Assembly (NCBI GenBank): GCA_040954595.2
Contig: CM082579.2
Location: 8,793,625 to 8,857,624, forward strand
Direction: 5' to 3'
DNA from: Balanoglossus misakiensis
Lineage: Eukaryota; Animalia; Hemichordata
Length of the DNA stretch: 64,000 nt
Made by a program: the position numbers and the translations under genes. The notes below the pieces were generated by a model, which had not been told where the DNA came from, ran no database searches, and worked only from the letters and a program-made list of their open reading frames with translations. Numbering within the stretch: the stretch's first letter is position 1; the number at the start of each line of letters is the position of its first letter. Below are positions 61,401 through 64,000 of this stretch, in pieces.

Positions 61401-64000
61401 AATTTCGATATTTCGCAAAGTCGAAAAATTGTCATTTTTGGAAGATTTTCATGAGCTATAACCCTTGGTTTTTTCAAAAAAATGAAGAAATTTCGATATT
61501 TCGCAAAGTCGAAAAATTGTCATTTTTGGATGATTTTCATGAGCTATAACCCATGGTTTTTTAAAAAAAATGAAGAAATTTCGATATTTCGCAAAGTCGA
61601 AAAATTGTCATTTTTGGATGATTTTCATGAGCTATAACCCATGGTTTTTTCAAAAGAATGAAGAAATTTCGATATTTCGCAAAGTCTAAAAATTGTCATT
61701 TTTGGAGGATTTTCATGAGCTATAACCCATGGTTTTTTCAAAAAAATGAAGAAATTTCGATATTTCGCAAAGTCGAAAAATTGTCATTTTTGGAAGATTT
61801 TCATGAGCTATAACCCATGGTTTTTTCAAAAAAATGAAGAAATTTCGATATTTCGCAAAGTCGAAAAATTGCCATTTTTGGATGATTTTCATGAGCTATA
61901 ACCCATGGTTTTTTCAAAAAAATGAAGAAATTTCGATATTTCGCAAAGTCGAAAAATTGTCATTTTTGGAAGATTTTCATGAGCTATAACCCTTGGTTTT
62001 TTCAAAAAAATGAAGAAATTTCGATATTTCGCAAAGTCGAAAAATTGTCATTTTTGGATGATTTTCATGAGCTATAACCCATGGTTTTTTAAAAAAAATG
62101 AAGAAATTTCGATATTTCGCAAAGTCGAAAAATTGTCATTTTTGGATGATTTTCATGAGCTATAACCCATGGTTTTTTCAAAAAAATGAAGAAATTTCGA
62201 TATTTCGCAAAGTCGAAAAATTGTCATTTTTGGAAGATTTTCATGAGCTATAACCCTTGGTTTTTTCAAAAAAATGAAGAAATTTCGATATTTCGCAAAG
62301 TCGAAAAATTGTCATTTTTGGATGATTTTCATGAGCTATAACCCATGGTTTTTTAAAAAAAATGAAGAAATTTCGATATTTCGCAAAGTCGAAAAATTGT
62401 CATTTTTGGATGATTTTCATGAGCTATAACCCATGGTTTTTTCAAAAGAATGAAGAAATTTCGATATTTCGCAAAGTCTAAAAATTGTCATTTTTGGAGG
62501 ATTTTCATGAGCTATAACCCATGGTTTTTTCAAAAAAATGAAGAAATTTCGATATTTCGCAAAGTCGAAAAATTGTCATTTTTGGAGGATTTTCATGAGC
62601 TATAACCCTTGGTTTTTTCAAAAAAATGAAGAAATTTCGATATTTCGCAAAGTCGAAAAATTGTCATTTTTGGATGATTTTCATGAGCTATAACCCATGC
62701 TTTTTCAAAAAAATGAAGAAATTTCGATATTTCGCAAAGTCGAAAAATTGTCATTTTTGGATGATTTTCATGAGCTATAACCCATGGTTTTTTCAAAAAA
62801 ATGAAGAAATTTCGATATTTCGCAAAGTCGAAAAATTGTCATTTTTGGATGATTTTCATGAGCTATAACCCATGGTTTTTTCAAAAAAATGAAGAAATTT
62901 CGATATTTCGCAAAGTCGAAAAATTGTCATTTTTGGATGCTTTTCATGAGCTATAACCCATGGTTTTTTCAAAAAAATGAAGAAATTTCGATATTTCGCA
63001 AAGTCGAAAAATTGTCATTTTTGGAAGATTTTCATGAGCTATAACCCTTGGTTTTTTCAAAAAAATGAAGAAATTTCGATATTTCGCAAAGTCGAAAAAT
63101 TGTCATTTTTGGATGATTTTCATGAGCTATAACCCTTGGTTTTTTCAAAAAATGAAGAAATTTCGATATTTCGCAAAGTCGAAAAGTTGTCATTTTTGGA
63201 GGATTTTCATGAGCTATAACCCATGGTTTTTTCAAAAAAATGAAGAAATTTCGATATTTCGCAAAGTCGAAAAATTGTCATTTTTGGATGATTTTCATGA
63301 GCTATAACCCATGGTTTTTTCAAAAAAATGAAGAAATTTCGATATTTCGCAAAGTCGAAAAATTGTCATTTTTGGATGATTTTCATGAGCTATAACCCAT
63401 GGTTTTTTCAAAAAAATGAAGAAATTTCGATATTTCGCAAAGTCGAAAAATTGTCATTTTTGGATGATTTTCATGAGCTATAACCCATGGTTTTTTCAAA
63501 AAAATGAAGAAATTTCGATATTTCGCAAAGTCGAAAAATTGCCATTTTCGGATGATTTTCATGAGCTATAACCCTTGGTTTTTTCAAAAAAATGAAGAAA
63601 TTTCGATATTTCGCAAAGTCGAAAAATTGTCATTTTTGGATGATTTTCATGAGCTATAACCCATGGTTTTTTCAAAAAAATGAAGAAATTTCGATATTTC
63701 GCAAAGTCGAAAAATTGTCATTTTTGGATGATTTTCATGAGCTATAACCCATGGTTTTTTCAAAAAAATGAAGAAATTTCGATATTTCGCAAAGTCGAAA
63801 AATTGCCATTTTCGGATGATTTTCATGAGCTATAACCCATGGTTTTTTCAAAAAAATGAAGAAATTTCGATCTTTCGCAAAGTCGAAAAATTGCCATTTT
63901 TGGATGATTTTCATGAGCTATAACCCATGGTTTTTTCAAAAAAATGAAGAAATTTCGATATTTCGCAAAGTCGAAAAATTGCCATTTTCGGATGATTTTC
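55472..64000. repeat. 88-bp tandem satellite array, ~97 copies, runs off the window end
   Basis: Monomer ctataacccatggttttttcaaaaaaatgaagaaatttcgatatttcgcaaagtcgaaaaattgtcatttttggatgattttcatgag; first units start at 55472 and 55560; only a few variants per monomer. Confidence 0.98.

Noticed and set aside
55472-64000. CRISPR-like array, or repeated 67-80 aa ORFs
   Set aside because: There are no unique spacers, monomers are head-to-tail and the context is eukaryotic. The ORFs appear only where a 1-bp deletion joins frames of the satellite.

Overview
Eukaryotic (metazoan, probably invertebrate deuterostome) genomic DNA with spliced genes; most entries in the ORF track are spurious. 1-28494: 3' part of an AF4/FMR2-family (AFF/lilliputian) gene on +, preceded by about 17 kb of intron-like DNA that holds a candidate alternative first exon next to an RFX X-box and a candidate 39-nt cassette exon. 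It is followed by a probable ~6.6 kb 3' UTR containing a PBX/MEIS motif cluster and five dyad motifs with a fixed 9-nt variable centre. 36896-51701: three intact tandem 9-exon SLC7 L-type amino acid transporter light-chain paralogs on +, with an apparent exon-8 gene conversion between copies 2 and 3. 52197-53608 (minus): a compact gene absent from the ORF track, encoding an 84-aa secreted precursor with six cysteines in the mature part. 55472-64000: about 97 copies of an 88-bp satellite with nested higher-order duplications, possibly inside an intron of another minus-strand gene. All exon structures were assembled by eye from GT-AG sites and reading phase; no searches were run.
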